Assembly (NCBI GenBank): GCA_976551045.1
Contig: CDPCPM010000164.1
Coordinates: 3,286,001-3,350,000, forward strand
DNA from: Glaucostegus cemiculus
Taxonomy: Eukaryota
Direction: 5' to 3'
DNA length: 64,000 nucleotides
Part shown: in pieces, positions 12,911 to 25,258 of the stretch
Numbering within the stretch: position 1 is the stretch's first letter
How the letters are laid out: the number at the start of each line of letters is the position of its first letter
Notes under the pieces: generated by a model
What the model was told of the DNA's origin: nothing
Seen by the model: only the letters and a program-made list of their open reading frames with translations
Databases searched by the model: none
Position numbers and translations under genes: made by a program

Positions 12911-15144
12911 TATATGTCCTGGACTTGGGTCTGTCACCCTTGGACTCAGGACATGTTTCGACTGAATGTTGGGTCAGGTTTTAATTTTCTACCCAACAGG
13001 CCTCTAACTTGCTGTTGCTATGCAACACGGGCCTTGCCTTATGGTGGCTCCTCCTAATGACTGTGATATGCTAAGGATACAGGCCACATCCATGGGACTG
13101 AGGAGTTCCAATCCTGGTCGCTGAACCACACGGTTCCTTCCTCTCCTACCTCACATCTCTCAGGTTCCCTGTGTCCTTCACCCAGTAAGTTGGAAGGTAA
13201 TTTGACTGGAATCGCTCCGTGTACAAACCACGATGTGGTGAAGCAAGGATCGCCCTCGGCCTCTGCTCAGACCGGCTCCAGGGTCACCAGCTGGAAGGAT
13301 TTGTGTCTTTAAATTATCATGAGATTAAGAGAGAGGGATTATAAAGCAAAGGAACAGCATACATGGAGTGATCAGAGTTGTGTGCAACTAGAAAAACTGC
13401 GAGGGATTGTATGTGCTGTTTTAAGAGATGCATCGCTCGTTGATAATGGACTACAGATGTCTTGCCCCTGGCAATTGCAGCGGATAGATGAATAAAGCTC
13501 CAGTCTTGGCACTGTCGCTCAAGTATCCTCTGTTTCTAGTAAGGTGTGCCAACTGTTTTAATTTGACCAGCGCTACAAATGCCAGCAGCAAATACATGAT
13601 TTGCTTTGCTTGAGAGTTTCTCTCTAAAGTTGCAAGTAATTTTGGGCATGCTGTCTGAATGGCTTCTTGCAAAGAACAAAGAACTGAGCAGCACGTGGAG
13701 CCTGAGGCCTGGATCACTTGGAGCCTCGTCACCAGGCCTGGGCCTTTCAAAGACTTTGCATGGTGATGGGCAAAGAGCAGGGGAATGGGACTGATGGGAT
13801 TGTTATGCTTGGAGCTAGAATAGATTTGATGGGTCAAGTGGTTGCTTCTGTCCTGTAACAATTCTATGATCAATTGACGGACCAATAACTATCTAACATC
13901 AATAAAACAGATAAAATGCACAATTTGCCCACCATGCTTCCCACATTACAGCACTGACTACACTTCAAAAGTATCTCATCGGCTTAAATCTCATGATTTA
14001 AGAATATAAATGCAATGTCTATTTCATAGAAATGTTAGAGGTTGAAGGGCAATTTTTCTTTTTTTATTCAGACTTCACAGTTTGAAAATAAAACATTCTT
14101 TGCCTTGAAGTTGAGAGTTTTTGCAATATTTATCAAGGTGCAGAAACCATTTAATCATCAGTATCAAATTTATAAAGAGGATTAGATTAGTTCCACATAA
14201 TCTGTTTAGCAGTGATTTCCATTTCATTATGTTGCTGAGATGTAAACTTAGTTTGGTCCAGCTATTTGATTTTTGTCACTTTGTTACTTTCATCTAATTG
14301 TGTGGATTTTATTGGAGAAAAAACTGGGTGAGAGAAGTTAAAATATGATTGAAGTTGCACTGCAATAGATGTCTTAGCTGATTCAGCATATTTGGCCAAT
14401 TTATTTCTTTTGACTGCTCTAGGGAGCTTGTTTCCCAGACAGATCCAGATGCCTCATCCAGTCCCCAGTCTTTATACTAGAGCCTGTTGAGTGAGGCTGA
14501 CATTTGTTACTGCCAAGTTCTGTGGAGGTCCATGCAAGCTGCCCAATTGCATTAACTAACCAATAATGTCTTTGAAAGTGAGGAAAAGGAAGAGATGCAT
14601 TTATATAGCACCATTCAATATCTTAGAATGCCCCAAAACCTGTTACAATAAAGTACTTTTGAAGTGCAGTCATTGTAGGAAACGCAGCAGGCAATTTCTG
14701 CATGGCAAGTTCCCATGAACAGCATTGTGATGAATTTGGATGATCTGCTTTTCTTTATTGATATTGGTTGAAGGTTTAAATACTATTCAAGATGACTTCT
14801 TCTGTCCTTAACAAATAAGCACCCTTATGGGCTGGTAGAATGATCTCAGGGATGTACCTGCCTCATCTTTGCTGCTTATTTCTGATTGAGCTGTGAACTC
14901 CCAACCTCTTGACTCAGTGCACAACCACTGAGCTACAGATCTCACACCGGACTGTTAACTGGCTAGTAAACTGTTAGAAAGATAGTTCTTGGTTGGCAAT
15001 GTGGTGCTGTAAGTAGTACCGCTATCTCGCAGCGTAAACAACACGGGTTCAGTTCTGACCTCTGCTGTCTGCATGGAGTTTGCACGTTCTCCCTGTGACC
15101 ACATGAGTTGGCTCTGGCTTCCTCAGCATCCAAAGGTGTGCCAG

Positions 15145-15572
15145 TTTGTCTTTAACTCTCGTTGTCTTGGTGTAGCGGCCAGCATAGTCAAAGACCCCAC
15201 TCATCCAGGACATTCTCTCTTCTTTCCTCTTCCATCGGGTAGAAGATACAGGTGCCTGAGGGCACGTATCACCAGACTTAAGGACAGCTTCTACCCCACT
15301 GTGATAAGACTAAGGAACGGTTCCCTTATACAATGAGATGGTCTATGACCTCACGATATACCTTTTGTGACCTTGCACCTTATTGCACTGCACTTTCTCT
15401 GTAGCTGTGACACTTTACTCTGTACGGTTACTGTTTTTACTGTACTACATCAATGCACTTTGTACTAACTGTGTAATCTGTACTGTGTAATGAATTGACC
15501 TGTACGATTGGTTTGTAAGACAAGTTTTTTCACTGTACCTCGGTACAAGTAACAATAATAAACCAATACCAA
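15145..15572 (+). mobile_element. Rex1/Babar 3' fragment fused behind a V-SINE head (about 14995-15145)
   Basis: IVKDPTHPGHSLFFPLPSGRRYRCLRARITRLKDSFYP; tail caataataaaccaataccaat. Confidence 0.85.
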
Positions 15573-16759
15573 TGCTGTAAATCAGCCCTGGTGTAGGCGG
15601 TGGCTGGAGAATGAGGGAATTGTTAGTGAGCCTGTGTGAGAGAAGCTGCTGAGGAGGCACGAACAATAACATTTAAGTGGCATCTGGACAGGTACTTGAA
15701 TGAGCAGGGCATTAGAAGAAGATGGAATTAATGCAGGCAAGGATAAGAGATAAGATTAGATATCTTTATTAGTCACATGTACATCGAAACACACAGTGAA
15801 ATGCATCTTTCGCATGGAGTGTTCTGAGGGCAGCCCACAAGTGTCGCCGTGCTTCCAGCGCCAACATAGCATGTCCACACGTACGTCTTTGGAGTGTGGG
15901 AGGAAACCGGAGCACTCAGAGGAAACCCATGCTGACACGGGGAGAGCGTACAAATTCCTTACAGACAGTGGCCGGAACTGAACCCAGATCGCTGGTGCTG
16001 TAATAGCGTTACACTAACTGCTACGCTACCGTGCCGATAAAGATTGATAAACATAGGCATAATGGTCAGCATAGATGTGGCAGACCAGAAGGTTTATTTC
16101 TATCCTGTACAATGCTGTGATTTCTAATCATTTATAGGGAAAATGTGTGGGAATGGATTGATGGACTGTTTTCTGAGAACCAACACAGACTCAGTGGGCC
16201 TTCTTGTATATTGTAAGTAAATATAAAAAAAGAATAGCACTTCTAAACATTTTCCTCATTGTTCCAAAGCTCTCCGGTGACAGTGATGTATTTAAAGTGA
16301 CAAAGATGCTGTTGTAATATAAAAATAATTGTGCCCAATCTGTGCAAATCAAGCTGCCGGTGATCAGATCTTCTGTCATGTGGATCAGTCCTGGCCAAGG
16401 CACTGGGGTTCTGTGCTGGGATTGACACCTTAAGAATGTTGTCATGTATTGGAGGGTATGAAGAGGGAATTGAGAGGATTGATACTGGGGTAAGGAATTT
16501 CAATCATGTGAAGAAGCTAAAATGGCTTCTTGAAACACAGAAGACTAAGAGGAGATTTAGAGGTGATGGTCAAAATCATCAAGGTTTTCATGCCCAGAGT
16601 TAGGGGTAATAGGCAAAAGAAGAAAAAGGAAGGTGAGAACTTTTATTTTGAGAAAGTGAGTTACCATGTCCTGACTTGCAGCTTGAAGTATATAAAACTG
16701 AAATGTTCTAAAGGGAATTAGATACAATAAGTGCTGGAATATCCTCAAGAATGCGTTAT

Positions 16760-17135
16760 GACATAGAACATCACAGCACGGTACAGGCCCTTCGGGCCAC
16801 GATGTTGTGCCAACATTTTATCTAAGCCTTTCCTCCCACATAGCCCTCCATTTTTCTATCATTCATGTGGCTATCTAAGAGTCCCTTAAATGTCCCTAAT
16901 GTATCTGCCCCCACAACCACTGCTGGCAGTGCGTTCCACACACCCACCACTCTCTGCGTAAATAAAAAACACTTAATCCTGACATCCTCCTTATACCTTC
17001 CTCCAGTCACCTTAAAATTATGCCCCCTCGTGTTAGCCACTTTTGCCCTGGGAAAAAGTCTCTGACTGTCCACTCAATCTATGCCTCTTATCTTGTACAC
17101 CTCTATCAGGTCACCTCTCATCCTCCTTCTCTCCA
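16760..17135 (-). mobile_element. CR1 LINE 3' fragment
   Basis: LERRRMRGDLIEVYKIRGID / NTRGHNFKV...FTQRVVGVWNALP. Confidence 0.88.
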
Positions 17136-17944
17136 ATGGTATATGTGTGTTTGTGTACATGGGTATATTTGTAATACTTAAGTGGTAATAGTTTACTTGC
17201 AAGGCAGCACACTTTAACTGTGTACACGTTAACAGAATATTCAGACTGTCTGTGAGAGTGTCACAACACTGCAAAGCAGGGCTCCCACCTGCCTCAGCTG
17301 TCCGATAGACTTGCAGTATGAGTGCATACACTCGAATACAGAGAGAACAGCATGTCTGTTACAGGGGCTCTGGGGAATGAAGTGGTACCAAGAAAGCAAT
17401 TTCATAGAGATAGCATAGATACAATGGGCTGAGCTGCTTCCTTTGCTTTATTTGCCCCACTTCAGGGACCTATGGGACTCTTAGTGAGTGGATTTGCAGG
17501 TGAGTAAAGTAAGGAAGACCTGGTGGCTTGTTTTTAGTGAGGTTACTTGAGGGATAAATACTCCCCCATGTATAAAGGACAACACTTTCCCATAATGGTG
17601 GCTAGGGATCTCTGTAGAAAGCACACGAAGCGGACAAGGCCTCTGTTTGATCCTTTATTTAAGTCTAACCTCCAACAGCACAGCACCCTTCAGGTATCAG
17701 CCTGGATTTATTTGGGCTCAAGTACCCATTTAGATGTAAATTCCCTCATTCTTCAGACTCTGGCTGAACCACAATTGGCATGTGTTAAACATTTTGAACA
17801 TTATTTTGTGTTGTTCGGTGGACCCTGTCACTTGCTGACATTGGACAGACTTCAGCGCAAATGTTTCCTGATCTCTACCAGAAACCTATTCGTGATCAGA
17901 ATGGTTTCTGGTGGTTTCCTGGGCTCCTGAGACCAGTAACAGCC

Positions 17945-18212
17945 TGGCACCAATTCCACCCCCACCAATCACATCTGCACCCCATCCCTCACCCCAAACA
18001 CCCCCATATTCCATCACTCCATCCACCCAAACACCCTCACACTCCAAAAATCCCATCGCCCATCCCAAATACTCCCATTCACTCTAAAATCCCATCACCC
18101 CACCTCAAACACAACCATCACCCCCAAACACTATCACACTCCATCACCCCATTTCCTCCCTATCCCCTACCCCAGCCCACACACCCATATATATATATAC
18201 ATATATTTATTT
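17945..18212. repeat. C/A-rich low-complexity imperfect tandem repeat followed by (TA)n
   Basis: Recurrent aaacacccc...atcccatcacccc units; G-rich on the minus strand. Confidence 0.7.
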
Positions 18213-18445
18213 ATTTATAGTGTGGTAACAGGCCCTTTTGGCCCAACGAGTCCGCGCCGCCCATTTTAAACCCCCAAATTAACCTTACCCGTATGTCTTT
18301 TAGAATGTGGGAGGAAACCGGAGCACCCAGAGGAAACCCACGCAGACACAGGAGAACGTACAAGCTCCTTACAGTCAGCAACAGGAATCGAACCCCGATC
18401 ACTGGCGCTGTAACAGCGTCACGCTAACAGCTACACTATCATGCT
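18210..18445 (-). mobile_element. V-SINE with a third, short tail type; second copy at 40102-40290(+)
   Basis: Same head and V-domain, then ggttaatttgggggtttaaaatgggcggcgcggactcgttgggccaaaagggcctgttaccac...aaataaa. Confidence 0.8.
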
Positions 18446-19405
18446 GCCCTTCCCCCCCCCCCCATGCTATTGTGCCGCCCCGGGAGACGTTCACGGCATT
18501 CGGCATTGTGAAATGATCTGCAGTGTTTACAGGATATGTGGTGGCGACGTCTAGATGCTTGCAGCAAGGTTCCTTTGCTGAGTCTATCACCCCCTTTGCT
18601 TTCAGGGACTGTACAGGTGCAAAGGAATTGTGAAACTTCAATGTAATTGATTTGCAAGGTTTAAAAAAATTCACATCCCCACAGGCTCTATGAAAGTGAA
18701 CAAGTCCTCTGCTCATTGGGTTGCTTCCAAGAGCTCTGTATTTATTAGTCTGTGAAATAGATGGCCTGGGAGTTGAAAGGTGAAGGCCTTTGAATAATTG
18801 GTTTGTAATGCATGAGAAATTAAACCAGTAGTCACGGAGGTGCCCCAAACACTGTGAAAACAAAGGGCAATGTGCCATCTAGATATGTTCTCCTCCCCCT
18901 GCATCTACTGCTGTGATTGAAATATTTTGGTTATAATTACCAGCGTGAATTTGCTCATTCCTTAATCTGTTATGGTGCTGAATTTTAATGAGCATGTAAA
19001 TATTTAACAGGGAATATTTGCTTCAGCTGCATGTTTGCCTTACAGAAACTAATAGGCAGGAGTAAATAAATAGGAGTTGACAAGATTGGAATAGTAGATG
19101 ACCTCTGCATGAAATGTTCTGATTAGAGCTTTATCAGTTTCAATGCCAATTAGCCTCTCTTTTCTCCTTTTATTGAAGATGTTACAGTGGTCCCTGACAA
19201 GTGGGCCTTGAGATAAGGCGGGGAGAGAAGGAGATGTGTGTCCGAGCGAGAACTGCTGACAATGCCTTCAGTATATTTGGCTGTGGCAAATGCCATCCGA
19301 CAAAGAACAGCATCTTGCCCTACTTTCTTCTGCAGCGTTGTTGTGGGCTAACTGCGGTTAATTGTGCAAGGAGAGGCAAGGCACATTGATGAGGCTGATC
19401 CACAT

Positions 19406-19540
19406 CAGTCCAGGTGAAGGGTCTGGACCCGAAATGTCGACTGTCTGTTTCCTTCCATAGATGCTGCCTGACCCGCTGAGTTCCTCCAGCTCCTTTGTGT
19501 GTTGCTCCAGATCTCCAGCAACTGCAGTCTCTTGTGTCTC
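19406..19540 (+). mobile_element. PLE pLTR half-element beginning exactly at the hammerhead motif
   Basis: CAGTC CAGGTGA A GGGT CTGG ACCC GAAAT GTC GACTG (19406-19443), followed by the family arm ending gcagtctcttgtgtctc. Confidence 0.75.
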
Positions 19541-19765
19541 TTAATCTGACTGAACTTTTTTGGTTTCAAAATTTATTCCAAACTGGGTGATACTGCTGTT
19601 CCATAAGCCTCTTGTGCCCTCACAGCTGGTTTTGTATCTCAGTACCATTTTCCTGCACTTGCCCCTTTTACCCTTAAACATGTATTGACCTCAGTCTTGG
19701 ATTCATGCAGCTCCACAGCCCTGTTCTGTTAGGAACGAGATGTGGAAACATTGGCACTTTATTGA

Positions 19766-19962
19766 GACACAGAAGACTGCAGATGCTGGAATCTGGAGCA
19801 ACAAATAAGGTGCTAGAGGAACTCAGCAGGTCAGGCAGCATCGGTGGAGGGAAGTGAACAGTTGACATTTACCAATTTTTGGGTCAAGACCCAAAACGTT
19901 GACTGTCCATTTCCCTCCACAGATGCTGCCTGACCTGCTGAGTTCCTCTAGCACTTTGTTTT
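19766..19962. mobile_element. PLE-derived fold-back (hairpin) element with TSD
   Basis: Inverted arms (tgctagaggaactcagcaggtcaggcagcatc...gagggaa versus ttccctcc...gatgctgcctgacctgctgagttcctctagca). Flanking direct repeat TTG(G/C)CACTTTATTGA at 19751-19765 and 19963-19977. Confidence 0.85.
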
Positions 19963-20419
19963 TTGCCACTTTATTGAATTGCTTTTGATGCTTCTCTTGA
20001 AAAGACCTCTGGCTCTTTCCATTTTGCCCTTTGTTAATCTTACCCCCCTCCCCTCCCCTCTCCCACATCTCCCAATGAATGTGGACCTGTCGCTCTGTAA
20101 AGAGTTAGTTTTGGGAAGAACCCCATCTCTTCCTGTTTGGATAGCACAACGATGTACATCATTAAGAACTTCCAATTATAAGCAACTTGAGCAAAATTCT
20201 CCATGCCAGACCTATTAGACAATTTTGAACACTCTGTCAAATGAAATATTAGGACAGATAAAGCTTGTTCAAGTGAGGTGGATTTGAAGGAGTGACTTAA
20301 AGGCAGGAACAGAGGCTAGAAAGCTGTAGGAAGTAAAATCCCAGGCTTGGCTACCAATATTGGAGTGGTGAAAATGGAAGAAACTAAATTTGGAGGAGAG
20401 TACGTATCTTGGAGGGTTA

Positions 20420-21235
20420 TAGAGTCGTACAACATGGAAACAGACCCTTCGGCCTAACTTGCCTTACTGGCCAAGATGCCCACCTAAGCTAGTCCCACTT
20501 GTCCCATATCCCATTAAACCTTTCCTATCCAGGTACCTATACAAATGCCTTTTAAATGTGTTATTGTACCTGGCTCAACCATTTCCTCCGGCAGCTTGTT
20601 CCATATAACATACCACACTCTGCATGGAAAAGGTAGTCCTCTGGTTCCTATTTAAGTCGCTCCCCTCTCTCCTTAAACCCATGCTCTCTAGTTCTTGATT
20701 TCCCAACCCTGGGAAAAGGACTGTGTATTCACCCTATCTATGCCCCTCATGATTTTATGCATCTCTACAAGTTTACCCTTCAATCTCACATATGCTCCAA
20801 GGAATAAAGTCACAGCCTGTCCAACCTCTTCCTGTAACCCAGTGCTCCGGTTTCCTCCCACATTCCAAAGACGTACGGGTTAGGAAGTTGTGAGCATGCC
20901 ATGTTGGCACCAGAAGTATGGCGACACTTGTGGGCTGCCCTCCAGAACAGTCTGTGTGTTTTGATGTACATGTGACTAATTAAGAAACCTTACCTTATCC
21001 TTAAGTCCTGGCAACATCCTTGTTAATCTTTTCTGCACTCTTTCCAGCTTAATGGCATCTTTCCTATAGCAGGGCGATCAAAACTGAATGCAATACTCCA
21101 AGTGTGGCCTTGCCAACGTCTTGTACAATTGCTAGATAACATCCCGACTTCTATATTCTATACTCCGTGCCCTGATGAAGGCTAGTGTGCCAAAAGCCTT
21201 CTTCACCACCCTGTGTGCTGTGATGTCACTGTTTT
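20420..21235 (-). mobile_element. CR1 LINE 3' fragment interrupted by a V-SINE tail (20845-21000)
   Basis: CR1 motifs on the minus strand (aatactccaagtgtggcct, cccaaccctgggaaaag). Confidence 0.8.
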
Positions 21236-21487
21236 GTATATGGGAGAAGGAACTGAGAACAGAGCACTTGGATTCTTGATAAACAAGGGAGATGAAAGGT
21301 TATTGTGGATGAGCAGAATGAAAAGTTGATGTAACACTTTTTCCACATAGAGGGTGATACTGTATGGAACGAGCTGCCAGAGGAATTGGTTGAGGAGGGT
21401 ACAATAACAGCATTTAAAAGACATTTGGACAGGTACATGGCTAGGAAAGGTTTACAGGGATATGGACCAAATGCTGGGAAATGGGGA

Positions 21488-21650
21488 CACAGAAAATTCT
21501 GCAGATGCTGGAATCTGGAGCAATACACAAAAGGTACTCGGAACTCAGCAAGTCAGGCGACATCCATGGAGGGAAATGAACAGTCGACGTTTCAGGCTAA
21601 GACCCTTCTTCAGGACTGGAAAGGAAGAGGGCAGAAGCCAGAAGCTGGGA
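21488..21650 (-). mobile_element. PLE-derived pLTR fragment inserted in a CR1 3' end
   Basis: ctgcagatgctggaatctggagcaa...ggaactcagc...gggaaatgaacagtcgacgtttc, same family as 49715-49820. Confidence 0.75.
21581..21618 (-). ncRNA. Minimal type I hammerhead ribozyme motif (PLE type), catalytic core intact
   Basis: Minus strand CAGTC CTGAAGA A GGGTCTTAGCCT GAAAC GTC GACTG: stem I CAGTC/GACTG, CUGANGA box, short stem II, GAAA, palindromic minimal stem III (ACGT), GUC cleavage triplet. Confidence 0.7.
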
Positions 21651-22909
21651 AAAGGTGGTACATGGTGACTGGCAAGAGAATTAGAGGCAATGCAAGGGAA
21701 TATCTTTTTTAAGTAGAGTCATTTGGATTCAAAATGTACTGCTTGTAAAGGGTGATGGAACCAACTGCAACAAATGATCTGCTGGAGGAACTTATCTGTG
21801 TTGATATTTCAGATGGGCATCTTGGTCAGCATGGTGAGTTGGGCCAAAGGGTCTTTTTTCCTGTTGTATGACCCTGTAACCCTCCAAAATACCTACTCTC
21901 CTCCAACCTCCAGCCAAATTACATGGCAGAGCAGCTTGAGAGGCTGACTCTTGCTCCTACTTCTCACATTAGGATTTTAAGCTCTTAAAATGATCATTTT
22001 GTCAGCAAACTGGTGCTGCAAGGAGTGTTGGGAGTCTTATGGAGCTTGGCATTTTATTGGTTAAATCAAGACTTGAAAGTATTGCTGCTTGCTTCTAATC
22101 AGAATGCACGTGTATCAGCCATGCACAATGGGAGGCACTGTGAATTGACTTTCCCCCTTTGGCCATTAGTGTTTTTACTGCTGCACCAATGCAACACATG
22201 ACATTTCAGAAGAAAGCTCGATTGTCTGCCCTAGATACTGAACAGCACAGTGATTGCCCATGTCTGCATAGTATTTCACAGAGCACAGAGGTACTTGAAA
22301 GGTCTTTCCTGTTATGCCCGGGAACTTTTCCAGGCAGCCAACCCAGAATTCTCCCAGGCCGCAGGATTCAGTCGGTGCCTGCGTAGAACGGGAATGCACG
22401 TGTGCAAAATGGAGGCTGGTGTCTGACTGTCCTGGATTCGGTTGTGTCTGCACGGGCCTGGTTCCAGCTGTTGGACAGACCTGGTCACGGTGGGGGGTGG
22501 GATTTATTTTTCAGTTTATCAGAATCATGTTGGCAGCCCATGCTGGCTATTTAGAGAGGTGAATGTTTCACTGCAGACATCCTATCTATTCCTAGCAAGC
22601 TGTCTTCTCTTCTGTATGAGCTGCTTTTGAGAATGATTATCAAACAGTTCACCAATTGTGTCGGTGTTGTTTAGAGACTGGGTACGTTTAACTGATCATA
22701 CAGTTGAAATGCCTTGCTGATTGTTGGGGATTAATTTATAAGCAGCAGGGTACAGCATTGAAAGAAACCATCTAGACTGGCTCTTTCTTAAAGTTTAATT
22801 GTACTCCCCTCTTCTTTCCTCATTGCTCTGTAATTTTTCTTCCCTTCATGTACTTAAGCAGCTCTCGTTAACACTCAGTACTACATTTGTTTTCATTAGA
22901 GAAGAGGAC

Positions 22910-23128
22910 ACTCATGAGACTGCAGAAGATTGAATCTGGAGTAACAAACAATTTGCTGGAAGAACTCAGCAGGTCAAGCAGCATATGTGTTTGTGGGGGG
23001 GGAGGGGGTGGTAAAGAATTTGTCAACACTTCAGGTCGAAACCCTGCAACACAACCTGATCCTGATGTAGGGTTTTGACCCGAAGCATCAATGCAGATGA
23101 GTGCCTCCAGCAGATTATTTGTTGCAGT
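22910..23128. mobile_element. PLE-derived fold-back element
   Basis: gagactgcagaagattgaatctggagtaacaaac...; ctgatgt-agggttttgaccc-gaag; ...cctccagcagattatttgttgc. Confidence 0.7.
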
Positions 23129-23524
23129 TGTTTCCGTCACCCTTACAAGCAGTGCATTCTGAATCCGAATGACTATTAAAAACCATTCCCTTGCATTGCC
23201 TCTAATTCTCTTGCCAATCACTATGTACCAGCTCTTCAGCCAATGAAAGCTGCTTTCCTTACTTACTTCTGTCAAAGCTTTTCATGTTTTCAACGCCATC
23301 TTCAAACCTTCTCCTTTTTCTATTCTGCTTCGAGGAGACCCATTCCCCAGTTTCTCCAACCTCATCACATAATTCTCCGTATAATAATAGTCCATAATTC
23401 TCAACACCAATCGAACAAACCTCCTTCCTCTGCTCTCCTTCCCTAAAGCAAGGTGCCCAAAACAGAAAACAATACTCAGTTCAGGCTTAATCAGTGTTTT
23501 TATAAAAACTTTGCTTCATCAGAC

Positions 23525-24130
23525 ATATAGACATAGTTATACTGCATGAAAATAGGCCCTTCTGCCTGACTGGTCCATGCCGAACAAGATGCCCCATCCA
23601 AACTTGTCCCATTTGCCGGTATTTGGACTATAACCTTCTAAACTTCTCCAGTCTGTGTACCTGTCCAATTGTCCTTCTAAAGTTGTTATTGTACCTGCCT
23701 CGACCACTTCCTCTAGCAGCTCATTCCACACAGAGACCACCCTTTGTGTAAAAACAAAAGTTGCCCCTCAAGTTACTATTAAATCTTTCCCCTCAGGTCA
23801 GTGTAACGCTATTACAGCACCAGTGACCTGGGTTCAATTCTGGCAGCTGTCTGTAAGGAGTTTGTACGTTCTCCCCATGACTGCATGGGTTTCCTCTGGC
23901 TGCTCCGGTTTCCTTCCACATTCCAAAGGTGTGTGGTTAGGAGCTGTGGGCATGCTACGTTGGTGCCGGAAGAGGGGCGACACTTACGGGCTGCCCCCAG
24001 CACATTCTCAGTAACACAAAAAGATGCATTTCACTGTGTGTTTCAATATACATGTGACTAATAAGTAAATATCTAAACCTATGCTCTCAAGTTCTTGATT
24101 CCCCAACCCTGGGGAAAAGACTGAGTGTAT
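23525..24130 (-). mobile_element. CR1 3' fragment interrupted by a V-SINE (23797-24075)
   Basis: ORF-track peptide VSVWNELLEEVVEAGTITT; CR1 tail on the minus strand. Confidence 0.8.
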
Positions 24131-25258
24131 TAGAATGAGTGCTTGGATAAAGCAGTTAAGCTCAGTACCCCATGTGCTCTTTCAACAGCCTTCCCTCCTC
24201 TTTTCCTGCTTCTTTCCAATTTGACCATTTAGTTCCAAAGTTCTCACCTCAGTCTCCCAAGTTATTGGAATTCCTCCTGTTAGAAGAGGGGGAAGAAAAG
24301 AACTTGCACTTAATCAACTTGTATCGTTCACGATTTAAGTTTGTCACAAAACTTTTTACCAGAAATACTGGACATAATCAGCAGGTCAGACGACATGTGG
24401 GGAGACGAACAGAATTAACATTTCAACCACGTTTCCCTTCTAATGCAGCTTCCCAGCATAGAGCAATACAGCACAGATACAGGCCCTTCTGCCCAACAGG
24501 TCCATGCTTGACAGCATATTGTGTTTGACTTTTCTCTGGACCCCAGTTACGTGGACCCCACCTCCTCACACATGGTCAAATTGTTTTAGATAATACCACA
24601 ACTTGGCTAGCCTGGAATCCTTTTTATTTTAAGGAAAAGCAAAGACAGCTTCACTGGAGCACAATTTTGTTCCCACTTCTCACCCTCCCAGCTGTCTCCA
24701 CCTTCACCCTTCCCTTCCCCCCCCACCTGCCTCCAACTACCTTTTTTTGCCTACCTCCACCTATCATCCACCTGCCTCCGATTCCCAACTCCATTACTTC
24801 CCCTCCCCTACCCGCCTCCATCTGCCCATCATCTTTCATCTCTCCTCAGTCCACCAATCACCTACTGGCCCCTGTCTCAGCCCTCTTTCCTCCAATTGGC
24901 TATCCTCAACTCAAAACATCAGCAATTCCTGCACCCTGTGTCCCCAAACGTTTCTTGACCTGTTGAGTTCCTCCAGCAGACTGTTTGTTACAACTTCATC
25001 ACCCTTTCCCCTATTCATAAATTCCTGACAGCTGGAATAGCAGTGTATGAGAACGCAATGTGATTGACTTCTAGTGAACTTCTGAGCTTAAGGGAATTGC
25101 CTGCAATGTACATAGGCTGTTAGCAGATAAATTATGGAGGGAAGAGGTTATCAAGCATATAATTGGCACAGGTAACTGACCTAACTATGCTAGCAACACC
25201 GAGGATGAACAGGCAACACAATCATACAGTTCATCTCTACTGTATCTGATGACAGTAC

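Larger units (their letters stand above)
21330..21875 (+). mobile_element. CR1 LINE 3' end interrupted by a PLE fragment and a duplicated segment
   Basis: tatggaacgagctgccagagga...catttggacaggtacatgg...gatgggcatcttggtcagcatg...gggccaaaggg. Confidence 0.75.

Noticed and set aside
17861-18220. His/Pro-rich 119-aa ORF
   Set aside because: Translation of a low-complexity C/A-rich repeat.
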